A model generated the notes under the pieces. That model worked only from the letters and a program-made list of their open reading frames with translations. It was not told the origin of the DNA and made no database searches. A stretch of 64,000 bases of DNA from an uncultured delta proteobacterium (GTDB lineage Bacteria; Desulfobacterota; Binatia; Binatales; Binataceae). The DNA is taken from positions 673,074-737,073 of the forward strand of contig CAVYTJ010000002.1 in NCBI GenBank assembly GCA_963771325.1, given 5' to 3'. The position numbers and the translations under genes were made by a program. Positions 54,880-64,000 of this stretch are shown here, piece by piece; positions within the stretch are counted from its first letter, which is position 1; each line of letters begins with the position of its first letter.

Positions 54880-55254
54880 CTACTGCTCCGCCTTCTGACT
54901 CTTGCCCACCGGAGGCTTGCCGTAGCTGGAGAGCGCGGTTATCTGGCTGCGCTCGACCCGCACGCGCACGTTCGGCGCGATCTCCAGGACTACCACTTTG
55001 TCGCCGATCTCGTTTATCCGGCCCAACAGCCCGCCCGTGGTCACTACTTCGTCGTTGCGCTTGAGTTTGGCGAGCATGTCGCGATGCTCGCGCGCCTTGG
55101 TGGTTTGCGGGCGCAGAAAGAACCAGTAGAAGGCCAGGATCAGCAGCGAGAACGGCACTCCCGGCCCGTACAGCAGTTGATCGATAAGCGTCGGCTGGCC
55201 TGCCGCGGCGGGAGCGGCCGCGCTTTGCGCCCACGCGATTCCTTCAAAAAACAT
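54880..55254 (-). CDS. yajC: preprotein translocase subunit YajC
   Basis: Single TM, then ...FLRPQTTKAREHRDMLAKLKRNDEVVTTGGLLGRINEIGDKVVVLEIAPNVRVRVERSQI, typical of YajC. Confidence 0.85.
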   Translation of the reverse strand: MFFEGIAWAQSAAAPAAAGQPTLIDQLLYGPGVPFSLLILAFYWFFLRPQTTKAREHRDMLAKLKRNDEVVTTGGLLGRINEIGDKVVVLEIAPNVRVRVERSQITALSSYGKPPVGKSQKAEQ

Positions 55255-55272
55255 CGGTTGTTTTCTTACCTT

Positions 55273-56421
55273 TTACTCTTCCGCGCTTCGCTCGCCGTTA
55301 AGCCGCGCCAACGTCCCGGCCGCGAACTCCCGGCAGGTGCGAGATGCGATAGCAGCTTGCATCCCGGCCATCAAGCGGGCGTAGAAGTAGAGATTATGTT
55401 CCGTTAGCGCGCGCGCCGCCAGAATCTCCCCCGAAATATATAAATGCCGCAGGTACGCCCGGCTAAGCGTCGTGCAGGTGCGGCATCCGCATCCTTCCTC
55501 GAGCGGCCGCGGGTCGCGGGCGTGCACGGATTGTTTGATCGAGATGCGGCCGTCGCTGGTGTAGGCGCTGCCATTGCGCGCGTTGCGCGTCGGCAACACG
55601 CAATCGAATAGGTCGTAGCCCATTGCCACCGCCGCGACGAGATCCTCGGGCGTGCCGACGCCCATCAGGTAGCGCGGGCGCTCCGCCGGCAGCAGGCTCG
55701 CGCTCAGCGCGGCCATCTCGAGCATCTGCTCCTTCGGCTCGCCGACCGCGAGCCCGCCCGCCGCGAAGCCATCGAACGGCATCGCGGTTATCTGCGCGGC
55801 GCTGCGCCGTCTCAGTTCAGGATAAACGCCGCCCTGGATTATCCCGAACAGCGCCTGGCGCGAACTGCGCCGCGCGCCGACGCATCGCTCGGCCCATCGC
55901 GTCGTCAGCTCCAGCGAGGCCTCTGCCCGCGCGCGCTCGGCCGGATACGGCGTGCACTCGTCGAGCGCCATCATCAGGTCGGAGCCGATTCGCTCCTGGA
56001 TTTCGACCGCGCGCTCCGGCGTCAGCATGAACTCGGAGCCGTCGAGGTGCGAGCGAAAACGAATTCCGCCGGGACCCACTTCGTTCAGTTTGGCGAGGCT
56101 CATCGCCTGAAAGCCGCCAGAGTCGGTCAGCACCGCGCCGTCAAATCCCATGAAGCGCCCCACCCCGCCGAGTTCCTCGATAAGCTCGGCGCCGGGGCGG
56201 AGCGCGAGATGGTAGGTGTTGGCGAGCACCAGCCGATAACCCAACTGCCACAGCTCATCGGGCGCCATCGCCTTGACCGCCGCGCGCGTGCCAACCGGCA
56301 TGAAAGCCGGCGTCGCGACTTCGCCGTGCGCCGTCGCGAGGCGGCCGACGCGCGCGTCGCCATCGCGCGCGATGACCTCGAAACCGAACGCCGGCGCGGT
56401 GCTCTCACGATTGCTCGGCAT
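55273..56421 (-). CDS. tgt: queuine tRNA-ribosyltransferase
   Basis: ATPAFMPVGT, LVLANTYHL, DSGGFQ, LMMALDEC and the zinc site CGCRTC. The start was trimmed from the 633-aa ORF to ATG 56421. Confidence 0.9.
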   Translation of the reverse strand: MPSNRESTAPAFGFEVIARDGDARVGRLATAHGEVATPAFMPVGTRAAVKAMAPDELWQLGYRLVLANTYHLALRPGAELIEELGGVGRFMGFDGAVLTDSGGFQAMSLAKLNEVGPGGIRFRSHLDGSEFMLTPERAVEIQERIGSDLMMALDECTPYPAERARAEASLELTTRWAERCVGARRSSRQALFGIIQGGVYPELRRRSAAQITAMPFDGFAAGGLAVGEPKEQMLEMAALSASLLPAERPRYLMGVGTPEDLVAAVAMGYDLFDCVLPTRNARNGSAYTSDGRISIKQSVHARDPRPLEEGCGCRTCTTLSRAYLRHLYISGEILAARALTEHNLYFYARLMAGMQAAIASRTCREFAAGTLARLNGERSAEE

Positions 56422-56429
56422 TTTTCCGC

Positions 56430-57449
56430 TCACAGGATCAACATCGCGTCGCCATAGCTCAGGAAGCGGTAGCGATGGCGCAGCGCCTCGCGGTAGGCGT
56501 CGAGAATCTCCTCGCGCCCCGCAAACGCCATCACCATCGCGAGCACCGTCGAGCGCGGCATGTGAAAGTTGGTCACCATCGCGTCGATCGCACGGAAACG
56601 GAAGCCCGGAGAGATGAAAAGTCCCGTCGCGCCCTCGGTGTCGCCGGTGATCGCGTGGGATTCGAGCGCGCGCACACTGCTGGTGCCGACCGCGATCACG
56701 CGTCCGCCAGTGCGCCGCGCCAGCGCCAGCGCCGAAAGCGTGGCGGGAGCGATCGTATACCACTCGGCCTCCATCGTGTGCGCTTCGACCTGTGGCGCGC
56801 GGAGCGGCGTAAACGTACCCGGCCCGATATGCAGCGTTACGAAGGCCGTGCGCACGCCCGCCGCGGCAAGCTTGGCCAAAAGCTCGCGTGTGAAGTGCAA
56901 TCCGGCCGTCGGCGCCGCCACCGCGCCCGGTTGTGCCGCGAAGACGGTCTGGTAGTCGTCGCGGTCCGACGGCCGCGGCTCGCGATGGATATAGTGCGGG
57001 AGCGCCAGCGCGCCGGCGCTCTCCAGGATGGTTTCGATCGGCACCGAATCGTCGCTCATGACCAGCGGGCGGCCCGGACGCTGATAGCCTGCGATTCTGA
57101 GCGCGCGGCCGTCGTCTAGGACGAGCCGCGTGCCTTCGCGCAGTCCTCGATGGCCCCGGATCAACGCGAGCCACGCGCCCGGCGGCTCGTCGACCGGACG
57201 CACCATCAGCAGTTCGATCGCTCCGCCGGTCGGCTTGCGCGCGAACAGGCGGGCCGGGAAGACTCGCGTGTCGTTGAGCACGAGCAGGTCGCCGTCGCGC
57301 AGAAAATCGCCGAGCTTGTAGAACCGCGAGTGCTCGAGCGTGCCGCCGCGCCGGTCGAGCACCATCAGGCGCGCCTCGTCGCGGCGCTGAAGCGGCTCCT
57401 GCGCGACCAGTTCGGGCGGCAGATTGTAATCGAGTTCGGTTAGACGCAT
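56430..57449 (-). CDS. queA: S-adenosylmethionine:tRNA ribosyltransferase-isomerase
   Basis: MRLTELDYNLPPELVAQEPLQRRDEARLMVL...VLNDTRVFPARL is the QueA signature. Confidence 0.9.
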   Translation of the reverse strand: MRLTELDYNLPPELVAQEPLQRRDEARLMVLDRRGGTLEHSRFYKLGDFLRDGDLLVLNDTRVFPARLFARKPTGGAIELLMVRPVDEPPGAWLALIRGHRGLREGTRLVLDDGRALRIAGYQRPGRPLVMSDDSVPIETILESAGALALPHYIHREPRPSDRDDYQTVFAAQPGAVAAPTAGLHFTRELLAKLAAAGVRTAFVTLHIGPGTFTPLRAPQVEAHTMEAEWYTIAPATLSALALARRTGGRVIAVGTSSVRALESHAITGDTEGATGLFISPGFRFRAIDAMVTNFHMPRSTVLAMVMAFAGREEILDAYREALRHRYRFLSYGDAMLIL

Positions 57450-57565
57450 GCCAAAGGCGCGGCCAAGTGCGCCGGCGCCAACAAATAAAAATATCATCGG
57501 CTACGAGGCCGCGATACGCGGTCAGAAATTCCCTTCCCCAGAACTGCCGGGGAAGGAGACGGCAT

Positions 57566-58546
57566 CTACGCGATACGCAGAACGATCTTGCCGAAGTGCT
57601 CGCTCGCCGCCATCATGCGATGCGCCTCGGCCACGTTCGCCATCGGCACGACCTTGTAGATCGGCGGGCGCAGGCGGCCAGCCTCGAGCGCGGCACCGAA
57701 ACGCGCGAGCAGCGCGGCGACGATCTGCGCTTTCTCCTTTTCCGGCCGGGTGCGCAGCGTCGAGCCGATCACTTCGAGATGCCGCCGCAGGACTGCAGCC
57801 AGATCGATCTCCGTGCGCGTGCCCATCATCAGACCGATCAACACCAGCCGCCCGCCGTGCGCGAGCGCCTCGAGGTTCGGACCCAGGTAGGCCGCGCCGA
57901 TACTGTCGAGGATGACGTCGGCGCCGCGCCCGTTGGTGGCGGTTTTGACCGCGGGCGGAAACGGTCCCGACTTGTAGTTGATCGCGACGTCTGCGCCGAG
58001 CTTGAGGCACTGCTCACACTTGGCGTCGCTGCCCGCGGTCACGATCGAGCGCACCCCGGCCTCCTTGCACAGCAGAATCGACGCCGTGCCGACGCCGCTG
58101 CCGCCGCCGTGCACCAGCACCGAGTCACCGGGCTTCGCCTCGGCTAGCATGAAGATGTTGAGAAAGGCCGTCAGGAAAACTTCGGGAAACGCCGCACCCT
58201 CTTCGTCGCTCATCGAGGCCGGGATTTTCATTGCGGAGCCGCTATCCACCGCCGCCAGTTCCGCGTAGCCGCCGCCCGGCAACAGAGCCATCGCGCGCTC
58301 GCCGACGCGCCATCCGCTCACCCCCGCCCCGACCGCCGCGACCTCGCCCGCGCATTCCATGCCGATGATTTCCGAGGCGCCCGGCGGCGGCGGATAAAAC
58401 CCCTGACGCTGTATCAGGTCGGCGCGGTTGAGTCCCGCGTACTTCACCCTGATCAGCAACTGGCCCGGCCCGGCCTTGGGATCGGGCGCCTCGCCAATTT
58501 TGAGCACGCTCTCGTCGCCCGGTTTGTCGCAGACTACCGCCTTCAT
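57566..58546 (-). CDS. NADPH:quinone oxidoreductase (zeta-crystallin/MDR family)
   Basis: MKAVVCDKPGDESVLKIGEAPDP..., nucleotide-binding VLVHGGGSGVGTASI. GGAGGA RBS. Confidence 0.8.
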   Translation of the reverse strand: MKAVVCDKPGDESVLKIGEAPDPKAGPGQLLIRVKYAGLNRADLIQRQGFYPPPPGASEIIGMECAGEVAAVGAGVSGWRVGERAMALLPGGGYAELAAVDSGSAMKIPASMSDEEGAAFPEVFLTAFLNIFMLAEAKPGDSVLVHGGGSGVGTASILLCKEAGVRSIVTAGSDAKCEQCLKLGADVAINYKSGPFPPAVKTATNGRGADVILDSIGAAYLGPNLEALAHGGRLVLIGLMMGTRTEIDLAAVLRRHLEVIGSTLRTRPEKEKAQIVAALLARFGAALEAGRLRPPIYKVVPMANVAEAHRMMAASEHFGKIVLRIA

Positions 58547-58585
58547 CGCTCGGACATCCTCCATCGTGCGCTGGCGCGAGGCTCG

Positions 58586-58620
58586 CGCGCCGCGCAAAAA
58601 CGGGGAGAGGGTCCGCGCTG
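58586..58620 (-). terminator. candidate intrinsic terminator after the alcohol dehydrogenase gene
   Basis: Minus-strand RNA: ggagaggguccagcgcggacccucucc (11-bp perfect stem) followed by ccgUUUUU. Confidence 0.5.
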
Positions 58621-58658
58621 GACCCTCTCCGGAAAACGCAATCGCGAACGCCGCGAGT

Positions 58659-59714
58659 CTAGATCTTATAGTCGATGATCGTAACGCCGACGTTCTGGAA
58701 GTTAGTCATCTCCTCGAGAATTTTCGAGGCGCCGTCCAGCCCGACCGTGCCGGTGATCATCGCCTTGGGATTGAGCTTCTTGGCCTCGACCATCTGGAGC
58801 ATCCCCGGATAACGCGTCGATTGCATCCCGAGCGTGCCGATGATTTGCAGCTCCATCAGCACCATCTTGTCGATCGGCACCGAGATTTCGCCCTTCTCGG
58901 CCTGCGTCGTGAGTCCGATCTGGAGATGACGTCCCTGCTTGCGCAGGCTGTTGATCGAATTGCGGCAGGTGGCGGCGACGCCCAGCGCGTCGACCGAGAC
59001 GTGCGCGCCGCCCTTGGTGATGTCCACGATCGCCGCCGCCGGATCGCCGGCCTTGGCGTTGACGATATGGCTCGCGCCGACCTCTTTCGCCAGTTCAAGC
59101 TTGCGCCCGTCGAGGTCGACCGCGATAACGTTGGCGCCAATCGAGGACGCGATCTGAATCGCCGCAAGTCCGATTCCGCCGCAGCCGTGCACCGCGACCC
59201 ATTCGCCCGGCCGCACCTGCGCGCGGTCGACGATTCCGTGATACGAGGTCATGAAGCGGCATCCCAGCGACGCGCCTTCGAGAAAGCCCACCGCGTCGGG
59301 CATATGTACCAGGTTGAGGTCGGCGAATGGGATCCCGACGTAGGAGCCGTAGCCGCCATGATACGTGACGCCGGGGATGAGCGGGGTGTTGCAAATGTTC
59401 GAGTTCCCGCTGCGGCAGAAATCGCAAGTGCCATCGCCCTGGCTGAACGGAACCAGCACTCGATCGCCCTTCTTGAAGTCCTTGACCTCTTTGCCCACTT
59501 CCTGAACCACGCCGCAGAACTCATGCCCCATGATCATCGGCATCTCCGGCGTAAGTCCGACCCACGTCCAGTCGCCCGACCATAGATGCCAGTCGGAGCG
59601 GCAGATACCCTCCGCGGCGGTCTTGAGAATCGCGCCATTGGGAGGACACTGCGGATCGGGCATGTCCCTGACAACCAGCGGTTTGCGAACACCTTCCATT
59701 ACGGCAGCTTTCAT
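58659..59714 (-). CDS. zinc-dependent alcohol dehydrogenase (MDR family)
   Basis: Catalytic Zn ligands (CRSDWH, GHEFCG). Structural Zn CDFCRSGNSNIC. NAD-binding VHGCGGIGLAAIQ. Confidence 0.85.
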   Translation of the reverse strand: MKAAVMEGVRKPLVVRDMPDPQCPPNGAILKTAAEGICRSDWHLWSGDWTWVGLTPEMPMIMGHEFCGVVQEVGKEVKDFKKGDRVLVPFSQGDGTCDFCRSGNSNICNTPLIPGVTYHGGYGSYVGIPFADLNLVHMPDAVGFLEGASLGCRFMTSYHGIVDRAQVRPGEWVAVHGCGGIGLAAIQIASSIGANVIAVDLDGRKLELAKEVGASHIVNAKAGDPAAAIVDITKGGAHVSVDALGVAATCRNSINSLRKQGRHLQIGLTTQAEKGEISVPIDKMVLMELQIIGTLGMQSTRYPGMLQMVEAKKLNPKAMITGTVGLDGASKILEEMTNFQNVGVTIIDYKI

Positions 59715-59804
59715 CGTGTCCCTCCTTGAAGCGAATCCTGCGTGCGGTCAACCTTCCGTATAGCGCCGCGCCTCGTGGCTGGCAAACTGTTTAACTGTCT
59801 CGGA

Positions 59805-60803
59805 TCACGCCACCAGCGCCGCGAGCGTGCGCTCGTAGCCGGCGAGGTCGGCCGCGTCGAGGTCCACACGATGCAGGTCGGCGCCCGCTTCGGCCTCGGC
59901 CGCAAGCCGCTCGCGCGCGCCGGCCGCGTCGCCAGCGTAGCCCATCTCGTCAATTAGCCGGCGCGAGACCGCCTCGGTCCCGGCCTTCGAGCCGCCCGCC
60001 GCCCACGCCTCGCGAATCCGGTGCACGTCGTCGCCGAAGCCGAAACGCGTGAGCTGCTCGGCATAGAAGGTGCCCATGCGCGCCGCGTAGAACGAAAGCG
60101 TCCCGGCCTGGATTGCGCGCGCACGATCTGGATTGTTGGTCACATGAATCGTGCTCGGCGATTTCACCGCGACGGATTTGGGATCGCGCCCGGCGCTCGC
60201 CACCGCCGCGCGGAAATCCGCGATCGATTCCTTGAGCCGCCCCAGCGGAATCATCACCGGCAGCCATCCGTCGGCCTTTTGCGCGGTGAACTCGACGCTC
60301 TTTTGGTTGAGCGACGCGATCCAGATCGGGATGTGCTTGCGCGGCGGCTCGAAGCGCAGCGTGAACCCGCGCTTGAGTTTGAACAGCTTGCCGTCGTAGT
60401 TGAGCGGCTGCCCGGCCATCAGCAGGTTGATGATATCGACGTACTCGCGCATCCGGGTGAGCGGCGGATTGAACGCGACGCCGTGGAAGTGCTCGATCAC
60501 CTGCGGTCCGCTGGTGCCAAGGCCGATGATCATCCGCCCGCCGCTCAGTTCGTCGAGCGTCGCGAAATGCTGCGCGAGCGCGCCCGGCGTGCGTGAGTAA
60601 GTGTTGACGATCCCGGTTGCCAGGCCGATTCGTCGCGTATGCTCGGCGAGCAGCGTCAGACTGGTGAAAGCGTCGCGGCCCCACGCCTCGGCGACCCAGA
60701 TCGAATGTGCGCCGGCCTCGTCGGCGGCGCGGGCGCGCTCGATCATCCCCTTGAAGTCCGGCTTGCCCTGCCAGTTGACGCCGAGTGCAATCTTATAGCC
60801 CAT
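59805..60803 (-). CDS. luciferase-like monooxygenase family oxidoreductase (probably F420-dependent, LLM class)
   Basis: TIM-barrel LLM motifs (GAHSIWVAEAWGRDAF, IIGLGTSG, HIPIWIAS). Start set at the internal ATG 60803. Confidence 0.65.
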   Translation of the reverse strand: MGYKIALGVNWQGKPDFKGMIERARAADEAGAHSIWVAEAWGRDAFTSLTLLAEHTRRIGLATGIVNTYSRTPGALAQHFATLDELSGGRMIIGLGTSGPQVIEHFHGVAFNPPLTRMREYVDIINLLMAGQPLNYDGKLFKLKRGFTLRFEPPRKHIPIWIASLNQKSVEFTAQKADGWLPVMIPLGRLKESIADFRAAVASAGRDPKSVAVKSPSTIHVTNNPDRARAIQAGTLSFYAARMGTFYAEQLTRFGFGDDVHRIREAWAAGGSKAGTEAVSRRLIDEMGYAGDAAGARERLAAEAEAGADLHRVDLDAADLAGYERTLAALVA

Positions 60804-61061
60804 TATTTTTACCAACCCTCGCGGCGCCACTCCGATGTCGCGGCTGATTCGTCTCCGAAGCGGCGCCTCGATGCTCGCCTGCAAACGGCTATCTAGACCG
60901 ATTGCGGCTCTTCTTTTTAGCGCCATGCTGTCGCGACTGTCGAGTACAAATACGCTCGAAGGCGCGCGCGTGGAAAAGCAAATCGTTCATGAAACCATAA
61001 TCGTCAGGCAAAACGGGCACGTTTCGCGCACTTTTCGCAGACGCCCGTACCGGGTAAGCTG

Positions 61062-61943
61062 ATGATGTGGATGATGCGGGGCGGAGCGGCTCTTAAGCCG
61101 TGTCTCACCGTACTTTTTGATAGGTCTTGCGTGCCGACCGACAACGAAGCTGAAAACAAGTCTGCAACCGCGGGCAAAGCCGCCGGCGGCGAAGACAAGC
61201 TCGCCGGACGCAGGGTGGTCGTCGATTTCACCCTGTTGCGCCGCTATGGCGGGCGCAACTTCCGCGACCTCGGCGGCCATCCCACCGCCGAAGGCAAGCG
61301 CGTGCGGAGCAACATGATCTTCCGCTCGGCGCACCTGGCCGAGGTTCCCGAGGAAAGCCCGATAAGGTCAGCGGGGCTCCGCACCGTGGTCACGCTCCAG
61401 AGCCGCACCGAGATTTCGATCCTCGGGCCGCCGCACGCCGACGTGCTGCGCGAGGTGCGATGGGAGCATATTCCGATCGGCGATCGATGGTTTCGCGAGC
61501 GCGAGCCGATAAGCCTGATACCCGGCCGCGAGCATCATTCGATTCTTCACGACTTCCGCCAGGACTGGCGGACGTTCTTCAACATCCTGGCCGAGCGCGA
61601 CGTCTATCCGCTGCTCTTCCATTGCTCGGCCGGTCGCGACCGCACGGGAGTGGGCGCGGCGATGCTGCTCGAATTGCTGGGCGTGAGCCGTGAGCGGATC
61701 GTCGCCGACTTCCTCGAGAGCAACGTGGTGTTTCCCAAGATGCCGCTGGCGGCGGCGCAACTCGAGCCGGTGTTCGAACTGATCGACGAGGCCGGCGGTA
61801 TCGAGGCCTTCATGAGCGAGGGTATCGGGCTGGATCGCGCCGGCCTGGGGGCGATCCGCCAGGATCTTCTCGAAGACCTTCTCGAAGATCCGCTCGAAGA
61901 TCCCGCGACGTCCGACGTCACCTCCGATCGCGACGACGAATAG
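61062..61943 (+). CDS. protein tyrosine/serine phosphatase (Y_phosphatase3-like, CX5R)
   Basis: NFRDLGG..., catalytic loop LLFHCSAGRDRTG. Acidic LEDLLEDPLEDP tail. The start is uncertain. Confidence 0.65.
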   Translation: MMWMMRGGAALKPCLTVLFDRSCVPTDNEAENKSATAGKAAGGEDKLAGRRVVVDFTLLRRYGGRNFRDLGGHPTAEGKRVRSNMIFRSAHLAEVPEESPIRSAGLRTVVTLQSRTEISILGPPHADVLREVRWEHIPIGDRWFREREPISLIPGREHHSILHDFRQDWRTFFNILAERDVYPLLFHCSAGRDRTGVGAAMLLELLGVSRERIVADFLESNVVFPKMPLAAAQLEPVFELIDEAGGIEAFMSEGIGLDRAGLGAIRQDLLEDLLEDPLEDPATSDVTSDRDDE

Positions 61944-62006
61944 CTAGCGCGCGAGGCGCCGACATGCCTCGTTGACCTTTCTCGCTTCTTATTTCCGACC
62001 CCTTGT

Positions 62007-62063
62007 CCAAGTCGAAGGAGAGGGCACTTCTGACTCCCTCTCCTTGGTCAAGTCAAGGAGAGG
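62007..62063. repeat. hairpin (aaggagaggg-11nt-ccctctcctt) flanked by direct repeat caagtc.aaggagagg, between convergent genes
   Basis: Read directly. No adjacent U-run on either strand, so its role as a terminator is uncertain. Confidence 0.4.
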
Positions 62064-62087
62064 TTAGGAAAGATGCGCACACCTTTG

Positions 62088-63320
62088 CTAGCGGACGGCG
62101 CGCAGCGTGCGGCGACCCGATTTCGCCGTGCGCAATGCGAGCAGCCGATCGAGGATCACGTCGGCGACCTCGTCCTTGCTGAGCTTGGGATGCTCGATCG
62201 CGCGGCCATCGTCCCCGATGATGGTCACGATATTGGTATCGACCGCGAAACCGGCGTCGCTCCGCGAGACGTCGTTGGCGACGATGAGGTCGAGGCGTTT
62301 GCGCCGCAGCTTGTCGGCGGCGTTTTCTTCCAGCTCCTGGGTCTCGGCGGCGAAGCCGATCACGATGCGCGAGCCCTTGCGCGCGCTCAGCCGCGGCATC
62401 TCGTCGGCGATCCCTTCCAACTCGAGCGTCATCCCGCGCGCGTTCTTTTTGATCTTGTGCGGCGCCTGATGCGTGGGCCGAAAATCCGCCACCGCCGCCG
62501 CCATCACCAGCGCCGTGCTCCACGGAAAGTTGCGCGCGGTCGCGTTCAGCATCTCGGCCGCGCTTACGGTATCGATTCGCTCCGTGCCGTACGGCGTGCC
62601 GAGCGGCGACGGCCCCGCAATCAGCCGGACGCTCGCGCCGCGCCGCCACGCCGCGCGCGCAATCGCAAAGCCCATCTTGCCGGTCGATCGATTGGAGACG
62701 AAGCGCACCGGATCGATCATCTCCTGCGTCGGTCCGGCGGTCACCAGGATGCGCTCGGCGGCGAGGTCGTGCGGCGAGAGCATCCGCTCTACCTCCTCGA
62801 CAATCGCCGCAGGGTCCGGTAGCCGTCCCTTGCCCTGGTAACCGCAGGCGAGGTCGCCGGCGGCGGGATCGATAACCGTGACGCCACGCGCTTTCAGCCG
62901 CGCCAGGTTCTCGACCACGGTCGGATGAGCATACATGTGCACGTTCATCGCGGGCGCGAAAGCAACCGGGCACTGCGCGGCGAGCAGGACCGTCGTCACG
63001 ATGTCGTCGGCGATACCGACCGCGGCCTTGGCGATTACGTCGGCGCTGGCGGGCGCGATCACGATCGCGTCGGCGGTGTCGGCGAGCCGGATATGGCCGA
63101 TCTCGGATTCCTCGGTCAGGCTGAAGGTGTCGGTCGCGACCGGATTGGCGCTCAGCGTTTGCAGCGTCAGCGGCGTGATGAACTCGGCCGCGTTGCGCGA
63201 CATCATCACGCGCACTCGCGCCTGCTGCGCGGTCAGCAATCGCACCAGCTCGGCGGCCTTGTACGCGGCGATTCCGCCGCATACGCCGACCACGATCGTC
63301 TTGTCCTTAAGCACGCCCAT
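62088..63320 (-). CDS. coaBC: bifunctional phosphopantothenoylcysteine decarboxylase / phosphopantothenate-cysteine ligase
   Basis: Flavoprotein N-domain (VGVCGGIAAYKA) and CoaB C-domain (ITAGPTQEMIDPVRFVSNRSTGKMG). Confidence 0.9.
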   Translation of the reverse strand: MGVLKDKTIVVGVCGGIAAYKAAELVRLLTAQQARVRVMMSRNAAEFITPLTLQTLSANPVATDTFSLTEESEIGHIRLADTADAIVIAPASADVIAKAAVGIADDIVTTVLLAAQCPVAFAPAMNVHMYAHPTVVENLARLKARGVTVIDPAAGDLACGYQGKGRLPDPAAIVEEVERMLSPHDLAAERILVTAGPTQEMIDPVRFVSNRSTGKMGFAIARAAWRRGASVRLIAGPSPLGTPYGTERIDTVSAAEMLNATARNFPWSTALVMAAAVADFRPTHQAPHKIKKNARGMTLELEGIADEMPRLSARKGSRIVIGFAAETQELEENAADKLRRKRLDLIVANDVSRSDAGFAVDTNIVTIIGDDGRAIEHPKLSKDEVADVILDRLLALRTAKSGRRTLRAVR

Positions 63321-63413
63321 CTAACAGCGCCCACCCGGGCCTGATTCTACGGCGTCGACGGGAGGCGGAGAAAGGGCCTCGCGAGCAGAGCGTCAGGGCC
63401 CGGGCGCGCCCCG

Positions 63414-64000
63414 TTAGCGTTCGATCTCGCCGCTGATGAACTTCTCGACCCGTTCGCGGGCGATATCGTCGGCGATTTGGCGCGGCGGATGCTTCATCGT
63501 GTAGGCCGCAATCGAGTAGAGCGGTCCGCCGATCTTGCGGTCGCGCGCAAGACGCAGGCATCGAATCGCGTCGATCACCACGCCGCCCGAATTCGGCGAA
63601 TCCTGCACCGACATCCTGAGCTCTAGCTCGATCGGAATTCCGGCGAAGCCCTCGCCCTCGATCCGCAGGAAGCAGACCTTGTTGTCGCGCTGCCAGGCGA
63701 CGTAGTCCGACGGGCCGATATGCACGTCGCCGTCGGGCATCCGCTCCGGCATCACGCTCTGCACCGCCTCGGTCTTGGACTTGCGCTTGGAGCCCAGGCG
63801 CGAGCGGTCGAGCATGTTAAGGAAGTCGGTGTTGCCGCCGGTATTGAGCTGATAGGTGTGGCGCACCTTGATTCCGCGATCGGCGAACAGCTTCATGATG
63901 GTGCGATGCAGGATGGTCGAGCCGAGCTGCGATTTCACATCGTCACCGACCACCGGGATTTTGCGCTCGGTGAACTCGGCCGCCCATTTTTCGTTCGAGA
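63414..64000 (-). CDS. myo-inositol-1-phosphate synthase, C-terminal part (gene continues past right edge)
   Basis: ...HTYQLNTGGNTDFLNM... and surrounding sequence typical of the bacterial/archaeal MIPS (Ino1) family. The frame stays open to position 64000. Confidence 0.7.
   Translation of the reverse strand, partial: SNEKWAAEFTERKIPVVGDDVKSQLGSTILHRTIMKLFADRGIKVRHTYQLNTGGNTDFLNMLDRSRLGSKRKSKTEAVQSVMPERMPDGDVHIGPSDYVAWQRDNKVCFLRIEGEGFAGIPIELELRMSVQDSPNSGGVVIDAIRCLRLARDRKIGGPLYSIAAYTMKHPPRQIADDIARERVEKFISGEIER

Noticed and set aside
55273-57174. 633-aa ORF extending tgt upstream
   Set aside because: The extension overlaps queA in a different frame. Tgt homology begins at the ATG at 56421.

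Overview
High-GC (~65%) bacterial chromosomal segment. Diderm (Mla, SecD/YajC, MMPL/RND, DUF1329-like) and other markers (sigma-54 NtrBC pair, E. coli-type frdABCD, F420-type luciferase-like oxidoreductase) suggest a proteobacteria-like or candidate-phylum soil lineage. I cannot assign the taxon from sequence alone.

Most of the window is housekeeping and metabolism: nadA, frdABCD, tyrS, ctaA/ctaB, greA, queA-tgt-yajC-secD, coaBC, plsC, a fadD-like ligase, hbd, a crotonase, two MDR dehydrogenases, a PLP trans-sulfuration-family enzyme, MlaEFD, and a sigma-54 two-component pair.

The stand-out content is a cluster of class III nucleotidyl-cyclase genes:
- Three large paralogues (1122, 1141 and 1137 aa) share the architecture double zinc ribbon, cyclase homology domain, STAND/AAA_16 ATPase, TPR array. 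Two are adjacent at 3138-10746 and the third lies at 40216-43629.
- A fourth, frameshifted gene at 11694-13428 encodes a winged-helix, alpha/beta-hydrolase, cyclase protein.
- The adjacent cluster is flanked on one side by a mazEF-like toxin-antitoxin pair and a repeat element.

Other points worth a second look:
- Four genes, including essential tyrS and ctaB, are interrupted by single-base frameshifts. Three sit at homopolymer or GC-rich tracts, which suggests assembly indel errors rather than real pseudogenes.
- Two families of extragenic palindromic repeats: a BIME/MITE-like inverted pair present twice, and REP-like GTAG/CTAC palindromes.
- Several palindromic candidate operators, including an Irr/Fur-like box upstream of a frameshifted FTR1 iron permease.
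- The queA-tgt-yajC-secD block lacks an adjacent secF.
- Two amicyanin-like cupredoxins.

No rRNA, tRNA or CRISPR array was seen. All family calls rest on motifs I recognised by eye; no database search was run.
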